Shown in pieces: positions 1 through 11,585 of a DNA stretch of 64,000 bases. A program made the position numbers and the translations under genes. The DNA comes from Octopus vulgaris (Eukaryota). Under the pieces are notes generated by a model. That model searched no databases, had not been told where the DNA came from, and saw nothing but the letters and a program-made list of their open reading frames with translations. Within the stretch, counting starts at the first letter, position 1. Each line of letters begins with the position of its first letter. Location: assembly GCA_951406725.2 (NCBI GenBank), contig OX597827.1, forward strand, positions 37,820,001 through 37,884,000. The letters are read 5' to 3'.

Positions 1-1022
1 TATCTTTGTATGTCTTTCTATCTATCAGTCTTTCTGTCTGTCTTTGTGTTTATGTCTCTATCCGTCAGTTTATATAGATACCTGTCTGTTGGTCTTTAAA
101 TTTGTGTAATAAAATATGCAAAAGATGAATAATTAATCGTAAGATCAATGTATTTTGCAATGTAAAAGGAAAAAAATATGCATGTTGTGAGCATTGGAAA
201 TCATCAAGATAGAGAAAAGTGGTAATAATAGTCATTTAGGTCTGTCTCTTACGGTATGATAGCACTAAACAAAAGAGATGGGTAGATGGGTAAATGGGTA
301 AGTGAATAGATGGTTTCTGGATAGGGGAAGATGAAGATGACTAGTGAAGAGAAAGGTCGAACATGCACAAGAAAGAAAAAGAAAGAAGGGTGAGAAACAA
401 GAGAGTCAGCGTTTATGTAGGTCATTATGTGTTTAGTGGAGGACAACAGCATGCATTATGTATGTGTATAAAAAGGTTCTTTAGTTAGCATGCTTGTATA
501 GCTGTGCATGTGACGTGGGACGAAGTTAGAAGTAAAGACAACTGATTGTTAATACCAGGGAAAGCTAAGATGCCGAGAGGAAATATCAGTTGTTGTTTAC
601 GAAGGAGCCTAATGAAATGAAAACCAAAAACAAAATTTTGTATTTTTCATTTTTTTATCTTCATTTTTATCTTTATTTTATAGATACTCTTACACCTAGA
701 TCAATCTATCTGTTATGATGCCTTAGTATATCTAACTGTCTTTTTCACAAATTGTAAACTCCTGCTGACCTCTTGACTTTTCTGCCATTATCGGCATGAG
801 CATTAAATTGCTAGATCCCTTTTCTCAACTGGATGCATTACTCAGCCCGTTTTCCGAACTATAGACTTACCTAGGATTATACGTAAAGAGGTAAACCTTC
901 ACGGAAATATGGATAAACCTCCATACCTCCGGATCGGGATGAATTATGAGCCTTGAATTTCATACATTTCTCTACATCAAATTTTCTTTCTACATCTCCA
1001 CATAAAAAGCTTCCTGCATATA

Positions 1023-1884
1023 CAGGGTGCGTAAAATTTTTGAAGACAGATTTATGTTTATAAAAAATAAACAGATATATAATAACAAATAATAACTTTA
1101 TTTATCAAAAATGCTATTAGGATAAAAATAAACTTTCTTTTCTATAATGTTATTCAATAAAACCACCTTCAGCTTCAACAACTGCTTCTATATGAGATCT
1201 AAATCATCTACATGCTCGAATAAAGTGGTCCTGGTTCATTTTGGACATTACTCTGTCTATAGCAACTTTCAAAGTATGTTTGGTGTTATGGGCATGTTCA
1301 TTGACCTCTCTCTCAACAACGCTCCACATGTAATAGTCCAATAGATTGAGATCTGGGGAATTAGGAGGCCAAGTGTTAAGGGTTATGTGATCATAAAAAT
1401 TTTCAGTCATCCATTCCTGTGTTACTAGAGCCATATGTGATAGAGCATAGTCTTACTAAAACACATATGGCCTTCCATTATATACACTGTCTATCCAGGG
1501 CTTAACAATTATTTCCAGGACCTCAATGTAGGCAATAGAGTTAACTCTAAGGCCTTGTGGAAAGAATGTCCTTCGTTGTTGATAACCCCTAAAATCATGA
1601 CAGTTGCAGGAAATTTGTATGCATAACACTTGGAACTTCAGAAGGGCCTGCACATAACCATCTGTCATTTCTTCAGTTAATTTTTTGATTTTGGTCGAAG
1701 TTTTTCTCGTCTGAGAAAAAACAAATCAAATCTTCTTGGTTTTTCTGTTTGTTTAAGAGCCTTTTAGATCCGATGTAATGATTTTCTCTGGCTTTTTCTG
1801 GCAAATTGATCTTTCCTTATCATATAAGACTTATATCTGAGGTCTTCGTGGACAACATTTCTGGCTGTTCCTTCTGACACATGT
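1023..1884 (-). mobile_element. Tc1/mariner maT-type (DD37D) transposon, 3' part, decayed
   Basis: TA then CAGGGTG terminus at 1021-1029. Minus-strand translation gives VSEGTARNVVHEDLRYKSY and D-x37-D ending WPPNSPDLNLLDY, with in-frame stops. The 5' part is missing at the LINE junction. Confidence 0.85.
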
Positions 1885-3288
1885 CTTTTGAGATTATTCA
1901 TGAAAAGTGTGCTCTTGAGGAGAGCAACGTTGATAGTTGTGCCAACACAGATAAAAAAATTTCGGCGGTTGCCGCAGTGGCAACCAAGAATATTGATATT
2001 AATGTTAATCAGCTCGTCGAGCTATTTAAAAGAATGAAAGAGGAGGGTGGTGATGTTAAAATATCACCCTCCTCTAGTATCGTGGAGGCCGAGAAGCGGA
2101 TCGTAGTGTTTAAAACCTTCTGTCCACAAAGCAGAAGGTTCAAACACTTTGAAAAGGATATCATCGAAAAATGCCTGTCCCCGATTTGGAGGGACATAGT
2201 ATACATTGCCAGAGGATGCACATACGGCACTGTGGAGGTCCGCTTCTCGGGGCAAGAGGTGGCCTGCGGGTATTCCGTGAGTCCCCTAAAAACTAAGGAG
2301 GTGGTACTTCTGCCGACCTATATGGGACGTAGGACGTCCCGGGTCAAGTTTGCAGAAGTGCCCCCAGAAGTGGACCCTGTAGAGGTAGTGGCCGCCCTGT
2401 TGTATAACAGGGCAGATAAAATCAAAATACTGCCAGTAACATGCTCTGCCCCTCAAAATTTGCTTGGGCGGAGCATTACTGTTATAATCCAAGGGACACA
2501 GGAGGACCTTCAGGTCCTTCCTGAGAGGGTACTCGTGGGCGAGAATGTGGTCCTTAGGGTACAGGTCGAGGGCCGAAAACCCATCTGCTACGCCTTGGCA
2601 AAAAGGGCCACATTCGTGTGGACTGTCCTAACAATAAAAAGAAACCGCAGACAATAAACACAAAGGCCCCTCAGACAATAAAAAAATCTCTACCCTTGCA
2701 AATTCACCTACCCCTACAAAAACAAAAAGTCCCACTCCTCTGTTACGGTGTCAACCCCAAAACAAACTGACAAAAAACCCAGCCCCTGCACACACAAACC
2801 CCTACATTCTTAAAACCTCCCACCCCCTTAAAAATTGCGGCGCCTACTGAACAAAATATAACTACCCCAGACGATACCATGGAGGTATCAGAGGGAGAAT
2901 TTACGATTGTTCGTAAAAGAACCCATGCATCATCCCCGTCTACATCCCCTACAAAAAATAATAAAAACGATGACACACCACAGACACCAAAAAAAAAAAA
3001 TCCCGCCCAACTAGCCCAGATAAAAAAGGACGAAAAGACGAACTCGTGTTAATTGAGTACGATATTCGAGACAAATATAAGAATGATATTGTGGTCCCGC
3101 ATCACACAGCAAGACTGTACGACAAACACAAAGATCTAGACGAAAGATGTGCTTGGATTGCGGAAAGAGTGTACAGACAAATTAAAGACAGACACCCAAA
3201 GCCATCCGGCGTATCACGAACTTACCGGGCTACTTGAGGAGGGAGGAGTGTGTGGTGAGGTCGGCCCCAACTTCTCCAACGAAATGTA
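1881..3288 (+). pseudogene. LINE ORF1 (gag-like, zinc knuckle), frameshifted
   Basis: ORF 1881-2657 ends VEGRKPICYA. Restoring one base near 2596 gives CYACGKKGHIRVDC (CX2CX4HX4C), followed by a Pro/Thr/Lys-rich tail. The end coordinate is approximate. Confidence 0.75.
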
Positions 3289-3309
3289 AGTAGAACTTTT
3301 ACTTTTTAT

Positions 3310-6300
3310 AACGGCCTCTCTTAACCTTGGTTGTTTAAATGTGCGTGGTCTGAGTTCGAAATGGAAGCAGGCTTGTTTCCTCGACGACCTCAGATCACAT
3401 GATATACATGTGATGGTTGCTACAGAGACCAAGCTGGACAGTCTACAAACCTTCTCACCTCTCCTGAACAGCTACGAGAAAACCATGTCTCCTGGCCAGA
3501 CCGGAGGGCAAGGGGGTGTAGTGGTACTGATCCGTTAAGGCTTGGCTCTGCAGACAAGTACAGTCTATGTGGACCCTGAAGGTGGGCTAGTCGTCCTCGA
3601 TGTGGAATACAGCAGTAGTGCCTTCAGGTTGATCGGACTCTATGCACCTTGTGCTAGAGGTTTCCAAATTGATTTTTATCGGCGCCTAGTGGGCCTTTTC
3701 GTGACGTCGAAGACATTAGTGGTATTAGGGGACTTTAACGCTATCGTTGATGCACGCATCGATAGCGTTGGCTCGACCGATAGAAAAGTGAACTCACGTC
3801 TCGTGGATCTACTTAAGCGTTTCCATCTGGCAGATCGTTACAGACTTGACCATCCGAACGTCCCAGTGTGGACCTGGATGAGTGGCGACGGAAGGTTCAA
3901 GTCTTATCTAGATAGGATAGTGATAAGTCTAGTTTTAGTTGTCCACAGCTTGTCCAGGTGTCCTACACTGACCATAGAATGGTCAAGTGTAGACTGGACA
4001 TAGATAGCACACTTATGATAGGAATCGGCTACTGGAAGCTGAATAAGTCTATTTTGACTTGTGAGGCATACCGTAGCCGGATTAAGGAGTTAGTGCAGAG
4101 GGCGTTAACCGGAGCCGTGGTTAATAACCGGTGGTTGTTCGCTCTCAAAAGAGCCATTCGGTTTAGCAAATAACTAAGACTAGACAGGTCTAGAATAGAA
4201 GGGCAACTAGTTAAGAACTTAGAGGAGGCGTTGAGGTTGGGCTCTGCATCTCACATTTTGGCGGCGAGAACGGCATTAGACCGTCACCTCAAAACCAAAC
4301 ATGAGGGGTGTAGAGTTCGGGCTAAAGTGCGAGCATTGGGCCGTGAGGGAATTAATGTTGCCGGATGGGCCCGTATGATAGAAACCCAGCGTGACATCGA
4401 TGCCACAATTAGGTCTCTTGTTGACGAAAACGGATGCACGGTCAAGGAGCGGGACGAGATGTGTGAGGCACTTTACAAGCACTTCGCCGAGTTGTTCGGG
4501 AGGTGCGGGACGCTGGATCATGGTGAGGCCCTTAGGGACTTCCTTCTGGTGGCCCGCATCTCTCGGCACGAGAAGCTGAGTGCTGTGAGGGGCCAATCAC
4601 AGCTGAGGAAGTAATCGAGGTGTTGGGCGAGTGCCCCGGGGAAAAGTCGCCGGGTTTCGATGAGTTTTATAAAAGTATGCCAGACTTATTCGAGCACCTG
4701 CTGGCTAGCGTCTACGCCAATTGGCAGCCGAATGGGAGAATTCCTAAGTCTGTGAGCCGAGGCGGGGGGGGGGCGCTGATCAGAAAGGACCCGATCAAGG
4801 GGGACGAGATAGGTAACTTTAGGCCCATAACTCTGTTAAACACAGAGTTAAAGATTTTGGCCAAGGTGTTGGCAAAAAGGTTGGCGCGGGTCGTGGACAA
4901 ACTTGTCGGGGTGGCGCAAACTTGCGCTGTCCCGGGCATGTCAATCCACGACAATCTCCACCTTATACGCTACACCTTAGAGAGGGTGAGGAAAATTTCT
5001 GGCGCAGGGGGCGCACTGGTGCATTTAGACCAGTCTAAAGCATCTGATAGGGTCGACCATCGGTACTTGGCGGCGGTCCTCGGGGAGGCTGGCCTGGGCA
5101 CGACCTTTCGAGGTTGGATCGCTGCTTTCTATAGCGACATCGAGTCTGTCGTCAAGGTGAACGGTTTCTTTTCGAAGCCGTTAAGGATCGAGCGTTCAGT
5201 TCGTCAAGGGTGTCTCCTGTCTCCGCTTCTATATGTGTTGGCTCTTGAGCCTTTGCTGCGGAAGTTGGAGGCACTAGGGTGCGCGCCGCATGATCTATTG
5301 TGTGGAAGAGGAGCTACGGAGTACGCGGATGTCATCTCCATCATCGTGGCAGATGAAGGCCAGCTTCCAGTGGTGGAAGAGGCCATCAAAAACTACGAGG
5401 CGGTGGCAAAAGCAAAGGTTAACAAGGACAAGTCGGTCAGTTTGCAACTCGGCACCTGGAGGGGCAAGCTGATGCCGTCCAATAACGTCGTGGGCATTGG
5501 ACGGAAGGTCTTGTTAAGCTGCTCGGAGTCTGGATTGGTTCAGACCTCCAGATAGAGAAAAATTGGAGTGAGGTGGCCAGCAGGGTGACCGCTCTAACCC
5601 AGACCTGGTCTGGACGGGCGTTATCCCTGCTAGGGAGGGCGGAAGTGGTGCAGATGTTTATAGCATCAGTAATCACCTACCGTCTGACCGTGGTGCCTTG
5701 CCCCGATTTGTGGTTGAACAAGTTGGAGAGAATCCTTTTCCGCTTTTTGTGGAAAGGAGGAAAGCCACTTGTAAAGAGCTCTGTCTGCTGCCAGAAACCG
5801 CTAAAAGGTGGGCTAGGGATGCCTTGGCTGAAGATGCGAAAACTCGCGTTAAGGTTGAGGCACCTCTGGCTTTACCTGGATGGAGAGCAGGTGTGGTCAC
5901 CGCACGTCCGGTTCTACCTTCCCCAGTTAACGTCCCTAACGGACATCGGTGCATGGATCAAGCGGAGACCTAAACTGGGGGGATAGCATTTAGAGTGCCG
6001 TCAGGCACTCCAGCTATTCTCTCGGAAGGGCAACGCCGGCAACAGGAGTTCCACCGCGGATTTCTATAGTGGGTTAGTGGAATTTATGTCAGAAGACGCC
6101 ATGGGGGAGACCCTGGGCTACGATGAAAATCAGTTGGTCAACCTGTTCCGGAGGACGTTCGAGCCGGGGTATCTGGGTAACTACCAGAAATCTCTGGCCT
6201 GGCAGTGTTTCCGTGCAGCGTTACCTGTTCGCGACAAGCTGGCAAGGCACAGAAGTGCCGTTTCGCCGACATGCCCGCAATGTGAGCAGGATAGGGAAAC

Positions 6301-6320
6301 CGTCTTGCACGCATTGTTTA
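3310..6320 (+). pseudogene. LINE ORF2 (APE endonuclease + reverse transcriptase + Zn motif), broken by stops and frameshifts
   Basis: Motifs CLNVRGL, ATETKL, LGDFNA, SYLDRI, TDHRMV, GYWKLN, NFRPITLLNTELKILAK, DQSKASDRV, VRQGCLLSPLLY, YADV (degenerate YADD), KGGLG, CPQC..ETVLHAL. Confidence 0.9.
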
Positions 6321-6441
6321 TAATCTCATACGTAATTTCATTCGAAATGTTTAACCGTGTAAAGCTACTTCACCCTTTATGTTTGTCTGTCCTTGTTTGT
6401 CCCCTCTTTGTAAATGCCTAAATGGCATATTATATGAAATA

Positions 6442-6581
6442 AAGAAGCTTGCTTACCAACCACATGGTTCCGGGTTCATTCCCACTGCGTGGCACCTTGG
6501 GCAAGTGTCTTCTACTTTAGCCTCGGGCCGACCAAAGCCTTGTGAGTGGATTTGGTTGACGGAAACTGAAAGAAGCCCGTC

Positions 6582-6619
<38 letters not shown>

Positions 6620-6848
6620 GTATGTATGTGTATATGCTTGTATGTCTGTGTTTGCGCGCCCCACCCACATCGCTTGACGACCGATGCTGGTGCGTTTATG
6701 TCCCCGTAACTTAGCGGTTCGACGAAAGAGACCGATAGAATAAGAACTAGGCTTACAAAGAGTAAGTCCTGGGGTCGATTTGCTCGGCTAAAGGCTGTGC
6801 TCCAGCATGGCCACAGTCAAATGACGGAAACAAGTAAAAGAGTAAAAG
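6442..6848 (+). mobile_element. tRNA-derived SINE lacking its first ~20 nt, with internal (TA)n
   Basis: B-box-like GGTTCATTCCC and body GGCACCTTGGGCAAGTGTCTTCT. Homologous to copies at 17455, 21355, 36405 and 59790. Confidence 0.8.
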
Positions 6849-7969
6849 GTATTAGAATAATGGAATAAAAGTTAGTCATAATAAGAGATCTCCCAAAAAT
6901 CTATTTCCTTATTTTCAAACAGCCATACCAACAAATTCATTTTGGGTTGTTGTTTTTCATCAATTTTTGTTGTTTTTGTTTTGTTGTTGTTGTTTTGCTT
7001 TTTTCAGATTATGCCGGTATCTTCAGAAAATTTGATTTTGTTTAGAAAAATATTCATGTAACAAATTCCAGAAGGTAAAAAGTAGAATATTCAAAAGTCA
7101 AGGTGCGTGTGTGTGTTTGTGCAATATCCGCCGCCTCCAGCTCCTTTTTCTTTTACGTCAAATTCCAATATAATCAAAATTTATACTGTCTGCAAAATAT
7201 CTGTAGAAAATTTCATTTAAAAGGTATTCGTTTTTCAGAAAGTTATGAGGAAACAAATTGGAGGGGCGCGTACTTCTGTAGTTACGCCGAAATAAAGTAC
7301 CAGTCAAGTACTAGCCGATTTAATTATCAATCTCCTCTTTAAAAAATGTGATTTTTGTGAGAGTATTAGAAATAGCTGTGTGTGCTTTGTTACTGAGAAC
7401 CGTTTACGGCGAAGGTAAAGAATACGCACACCACCCGTACTCGATGAATAAGGTTAGGGTTACGCCGAAAACAGGTGGTGTGCGTGTTCTTTACCTCCGA
7501 CCATTTACCTATAACACCGATAACAAATTACCAATAATTTCAAAGCAACAATCCCAAACACCAATTGCTCTATCTATACTAAGAGCAAATAGAGTAAGAA
7601 GAATTAATAGAGAATCTAATTCAGTAATCTACATATTTAGTTGACATCATTTATGCCCCTTGACTAAGCGGTGTTTGGTAGATTTTGTTCCTATAAATTC
7701 CTTATCCAGTAAATTTGAATAACTATTTTTGCTAAATGAAATGTGTTTTAATTGATTGGATAGTTTCTTTTGTTGTGTTGATTTAACGAAAAGAATGAAT
7801 ATCATTAGAACTAACTAATTTTTTCATTTCGAAATTTTTCTTCACAAATTCAACTTCAATGCACTAACCTTGTTGCGGTAAACGAACTCAGAAGACACCG
7901 ATTCAATGTTGACCTTCAGTGATTAGAAATATTCACAGGAGGTTTTCCGATCTTAACTAATATACAAAG

Positions 7970-8100
7970 ATGTCCAGTACTTCTACACCGAGTACCTTCC
8001 TGAAGAATATCCTTCAAAATGGCATTGGTCGACACATATGTCAACTCCAAAGAATTACGCTGTGTTTTTGTAAGTCTCACACTGGCAGCAATGGCATGAG
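7970..8100 (+). CDS. MRPL43: Mitochondrial ribosomal protein L43 (mL43), coding exon 1
   Basis: [44 protein letters not shown] resembles the mL43 N-terminus (NGLGRYVxQLQR). GTAAG donor at 8101, phase 2. Confidence 0.93.
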
Positions 8101-9174
8101 GTAAGATATTGAGTTACGTTGACGTTATTTAGTCGCAAGTCAACACGATCGAGGCGTTTCAACCGTGACCATCCATAAAAACTACATTATCCAATGTTGC
8201 CTACTCTTACTTTAGTGAAATTTGTCTGTTCTTTCTAGCCAAGCAAACAACCACGTAGGAGCTCTTTGTCATTTTACTAGATCTTCTTACTTATACTTGT
8301 TACGCTAATATTTCCCTTTGGAAAAAGCACAAATATCACGAATTCTCACTTCTTCCATTCCATATTTACATGGTTTCGTGTCTAATTAAGAAATTATACT
8401 TTAATCTAATTGGTATGACAAACAACGAGTAATACAGACAGACTAAGCTAGAAATCTGTTTTCCATTCTTACTTCAACTTGTAACCATTTCATTCCATGG
8501 GAGAGCTGTGTGAACATCACGTAATGTTAACCTTAACCCTAACTTTGCATGCTTTGATCTGAACTTATACACGGGGTCCTTACCGAGAAGCGGCAAGTTC
8601 ATGTCTTGTCCCCTAAACGATAAAATAAATCTATGGTACTTATACGGTTATGGGTAATCATATCATCTTGTATTGTTCTACCATATCCACCACCCACTAC
8701 TTTAATATGCAGTGTTGTCATTTAGTTTACCCCCGTGTCATCCATGACCAAGGAAACATAATGAAAATCGTTCCAGTGATGACCTTCATGCCTTTTTGTA
8801 TTTCCAGGATTATATTATTAGCGGGAGTGTTGCAAATGTGGTTGAACATATAGCATTGAATGAGTCGCTGTTGTTGTTTAGCCCGAAATGAGCCCTAGTC
8901 CTACAAACATATGATCCATAGCATTCCAGCTGTAACTAACCTACCCATTCATTTATATATATATATATATATATATAATTCAACCCACACACATACTTAC
9001 ACATGCACATATAGATTCTAATATAATGAAGACCATCTCAACTACACCTAAAACATCCTCTTTTCTAAAGTGTCCCATCTATGTTTAGCCCCTTGTGGGT
9101 AGTAAAGAAATATTTTCCTAAACTCAAGAAAACGAATTCAACTCCAGATTTTTTCAATTAATTCAGATATATAA

Positions 9175-9204
<30 letters not shown>

Positions 9205-9206
<2 letters not shown>

Positions 9207-9508
9207 GAGCAGTCTGTTGGTTATGACGATGAGGGTCCCAGCTGATACGATCAATGGAACAGCTTGCTCATGAAATTAACATGCAAGTGGCTGAGCACTC
9301 CACAGACATGTGTACCCCTAATGTAGTTCTCAGGGAGATTCAGTGTGACACAGTGTGATAAGGCTGGCCCTTTGAAATATAGGTGAGTGGATTGGAGCAA
9401 TGTGAAATAAAGTGTCTTGCTCAAGGACACAACATGTTGTTGGGAATTGAACTCATAACCTTACGATCATGAGCCAAATGCCCTAACCATTAAGCCACGC
9501 AACTTCAC
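9205..9508 (-). mobile_element. tRNA-derived SINE
   Basis: Minus strand starts GTGAAGTTGCGTGGCTTAATGGTTAGG...GAGTTCAATTCC (A/B boxes), then TGTGTCCTTGAGCAAGACAC. Confidence 0.75.
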
Positions 9509-9511
9509 TCT

Positions 9512-9526
<15 letters not shown>

Positions 9527-9577
<51 letters not shown>
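9527..9577. repeat. (TA)n microsatellite, one of many (also ~6583, 8955, 9175, 9767, 10757, 20181, 29811, 51749)
   Basis: Seen directly in the sequence. Confidence 0.95.
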
Positions 9578-9579
<2 letters not shown>

Positions 9580-9580
<1 letters not shown>

Positions 9581-9764
9581 GGCATATCGAACCGATGACC
9601 GATGCCGGACCCCGGCCCCTGTGCAGGTGGCATAAAAGCACCCAATATATAGGAAGGGCATCCATAGAAATATACTAGCCTGGAGCGGCCCCTGGCTTCC
9701 CAGACCCGGTCGAACCGTCCAATAGCGGAAAACGGACGTTAAACGATGATGATGATGATGATGA

Positions 9765-9767
<3 letters not shown>
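9580..9767 (+). mobile_element. RTE LINE 3' tail fragment ending in (GAT)n
   Basis: GGAAGGGCATCC...CGTTAAACGATGATGAT, as in the copies ending at 11567, 16590 and 38535. Confidence 0.75.
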
Positions 9768-9799
<32 letters not shown>

Positions 9800-9805
<6 letters not shown>

Positions 9806-10545
9806 TTTTCTATAACAAAAATTAGACATGATGAAACCCTCAAAGTTACAAAAGTGCTTTATGAATAGTTCTTATCCAAATCATGACTATCTCCTTTTTC
9901 TTAATATGTATATATCATTATCATTAAATGTCTGCTTTTTATTCCAAACAGCCATAACAACAAAATCACTTCTTGATTCTTTTTTACAAAAATGATGCCA
10001 GTATATTGTTTCATTCAATAAATAACGTTTTTACATTACATATTTAGAATAAACTGTGGGTTTTGCAAATAGCGAATTAAAACTTGAAATGAAAAGATTG
10101 AAATAAAGAATGAGAAACTTTGGAAATGAAAATGGAATACTCTGCAGTGAATCCAACAAATAATAATATCTGTGATAAATTGGAGTTCAAAAATTCAATA
10201 AACTTCAGAAATCGAAATTATAGGGAATTCCTTAGAACACCTCCAAAATTGGATTTTACTCATAAGGTATTAGAATCTTACATATATACCATTCTGCCTA
10301 AAAAATGGATCTACAAATTCAATATCCCTACATATCTCACATCTATTTTCTTTCCTCCACGTCACTCTTTATTTTGTATCCTATCTAAATTAACTATTAC
10401 TTAACCATCCTCTCACACCATCTCTGATGAAGGGATATAATTAATAAATATCCTTGAAACAGCTGTAAGACCTTCTATCTATAAATGTTCTAATATCTAC
10501 ACAGCCTTGGTTTTTTATCTCATTACGCAAAAAATTTTGTAATCA
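9800..10545 (+). mobile_element. Penelope-like element 3' remnant / pseudo-LTR
   Basis: Contains a minimal hammerhead at 10421-10470. 10080-10250 loosely resembles a frameshifted GIY-YIG C-terminus (EMK-W..ILCS..NNIC..LE..FKNSINFR). Confidence 0.55.
10421..10470 (+). ncRNA. Minimal type I hammerhead ribozyme motif
   Basis: TCT-CTGATGA-AGGGATAT(aattaataa)ATATCCTT-GAAA-C-AGCT-G-TA-AGA: complete core, 8-bp stem II, palindromic ACAGCTGT stem III, predicted cleavage after 10467. Confidence 0.8.
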
Positions 10546-10757
10546 TATAGAAGTCATATGGAAAACTAAATCTAGCTTCACCCTCACACTTCCTGACTTT
10601 ATTCTTTATTTGCTCCTCACTGAAAAATTTATCACTTGGTTTTCCAGGATTTTCAATTACATGGACCCATTACATTACACTACATTGATTGATAGCCAAT
10701 TCCAAATGGTGAGCTTACTGTGATAGCCATATGATTCTCTGAATCTGTATTTTATAC

Positions 10758-10803
<46 letters not shown>

Positions 10804-10929
10804 GAGGGTTGGTGATGCAAATAGAAAAATAGTACTCAAAATATGAGTATATTTATATTTTGATTAATATATAGCAGAAGCAGCAGAGTGACTCAAGGGC
10901 CAAGAGTTTCACAAACTGGTTTGATAAGT

Positions 10930-11567
10930 GCCAACACACGAAACTCTCGGCCTTTGAGACACTCTGATCCTTCTGCTAGAGCAATGACGAAAGACCGAAA
11001 CCTCTGGAGATATGCTATGACTGCAAAGACCCAACAAATAACGTGAGTTCATAGCTGTTTCCTGCACCAGCTTCACATAGAAGCCCCAGCCCATCCAAAG
11101 TACCTTGGATCGCAGGACGGCCTGCTGTGCTTACCTAGGATCACAGGACGGCCTACTGTGCTTACCTTGGATCGTAGGGCAACCTACTGTGCTTGAGGAG
11201 ACCTATTGAGTCAAGTACATCAACATCAAAAAATCAAATGGAAATTGTAGTCGTGATACCTGTGCCGGTGGCACGTAAAAAGCACCATCCGAACGTGGTC
11301 AATGCCAGTGCCACCTTGACTGCCTTCCATGCCAGTGGCACATAAAAAGCACCAACCAATCGTGGTCATTGCCAGCCTTCCCTGGCACCTGGCACATAAA
11401 AAGCACCCACTACACTCACGGAGTGGTTGGCGTTAGGAAGGGCATCCAGCTGTAGAAACACTGCCAGATCAGACTGGAGCTTGGTGCGGCCTCCTGACTT
11501 CCCAGACCCCAGTCGAACCGTCCAACCCATGCTAGCATGGAAAATGGACGTTAAACGATGATGATGA
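10930..11567 (+). mobile_element. RTE LINE 3' end/UTR with (GAT)n tail
   Basis: Shares CTGGAGATATGCT, GGCACGTAAAAAGCACC units and the GGAAGGGCATCCAGC...CGTTAAACGATGATGAT tail with the RTE-coding copy at 37590-38535. Confidence 0.8.
11101..11193 (+). repeat. 3 x 31-bp tandem repeat inside the RTE 3' UTR
   Basis: TACCTTGGATCGCAGGACGGCCTGCTGTGCT repeated three times with substitutions. Confidence 0.9.
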
Positions 11568-11585
11568 TATACACTCATACACACA

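Larger units (their letters stand above)
1881..6443 (+). mobile_element. L1/Tx1-clade non-LTR retrotransposon, near full length, inactivated
   Basis: GC-richer block with a gag-like ORF1 carrying a CCHC knuckle, then ORF2 with APE endonuclease, RT and a C-terminal zinc motif. Short 3' UTR ends in AATAAA at 6438-6443. Confidence 0.9.

Noticed and set aside
3310-6320. Active reverse transcriptase gene
   Set aside because: Multiple stops and frameshifts, YADD changed to YADV, and truncation after the zinc motif.
6995-7030. Minus-strand CTGAAGA...GAAA hammerhead-like core
   Set aside because: No stem II or stem III pairing and no UH cleavage site.
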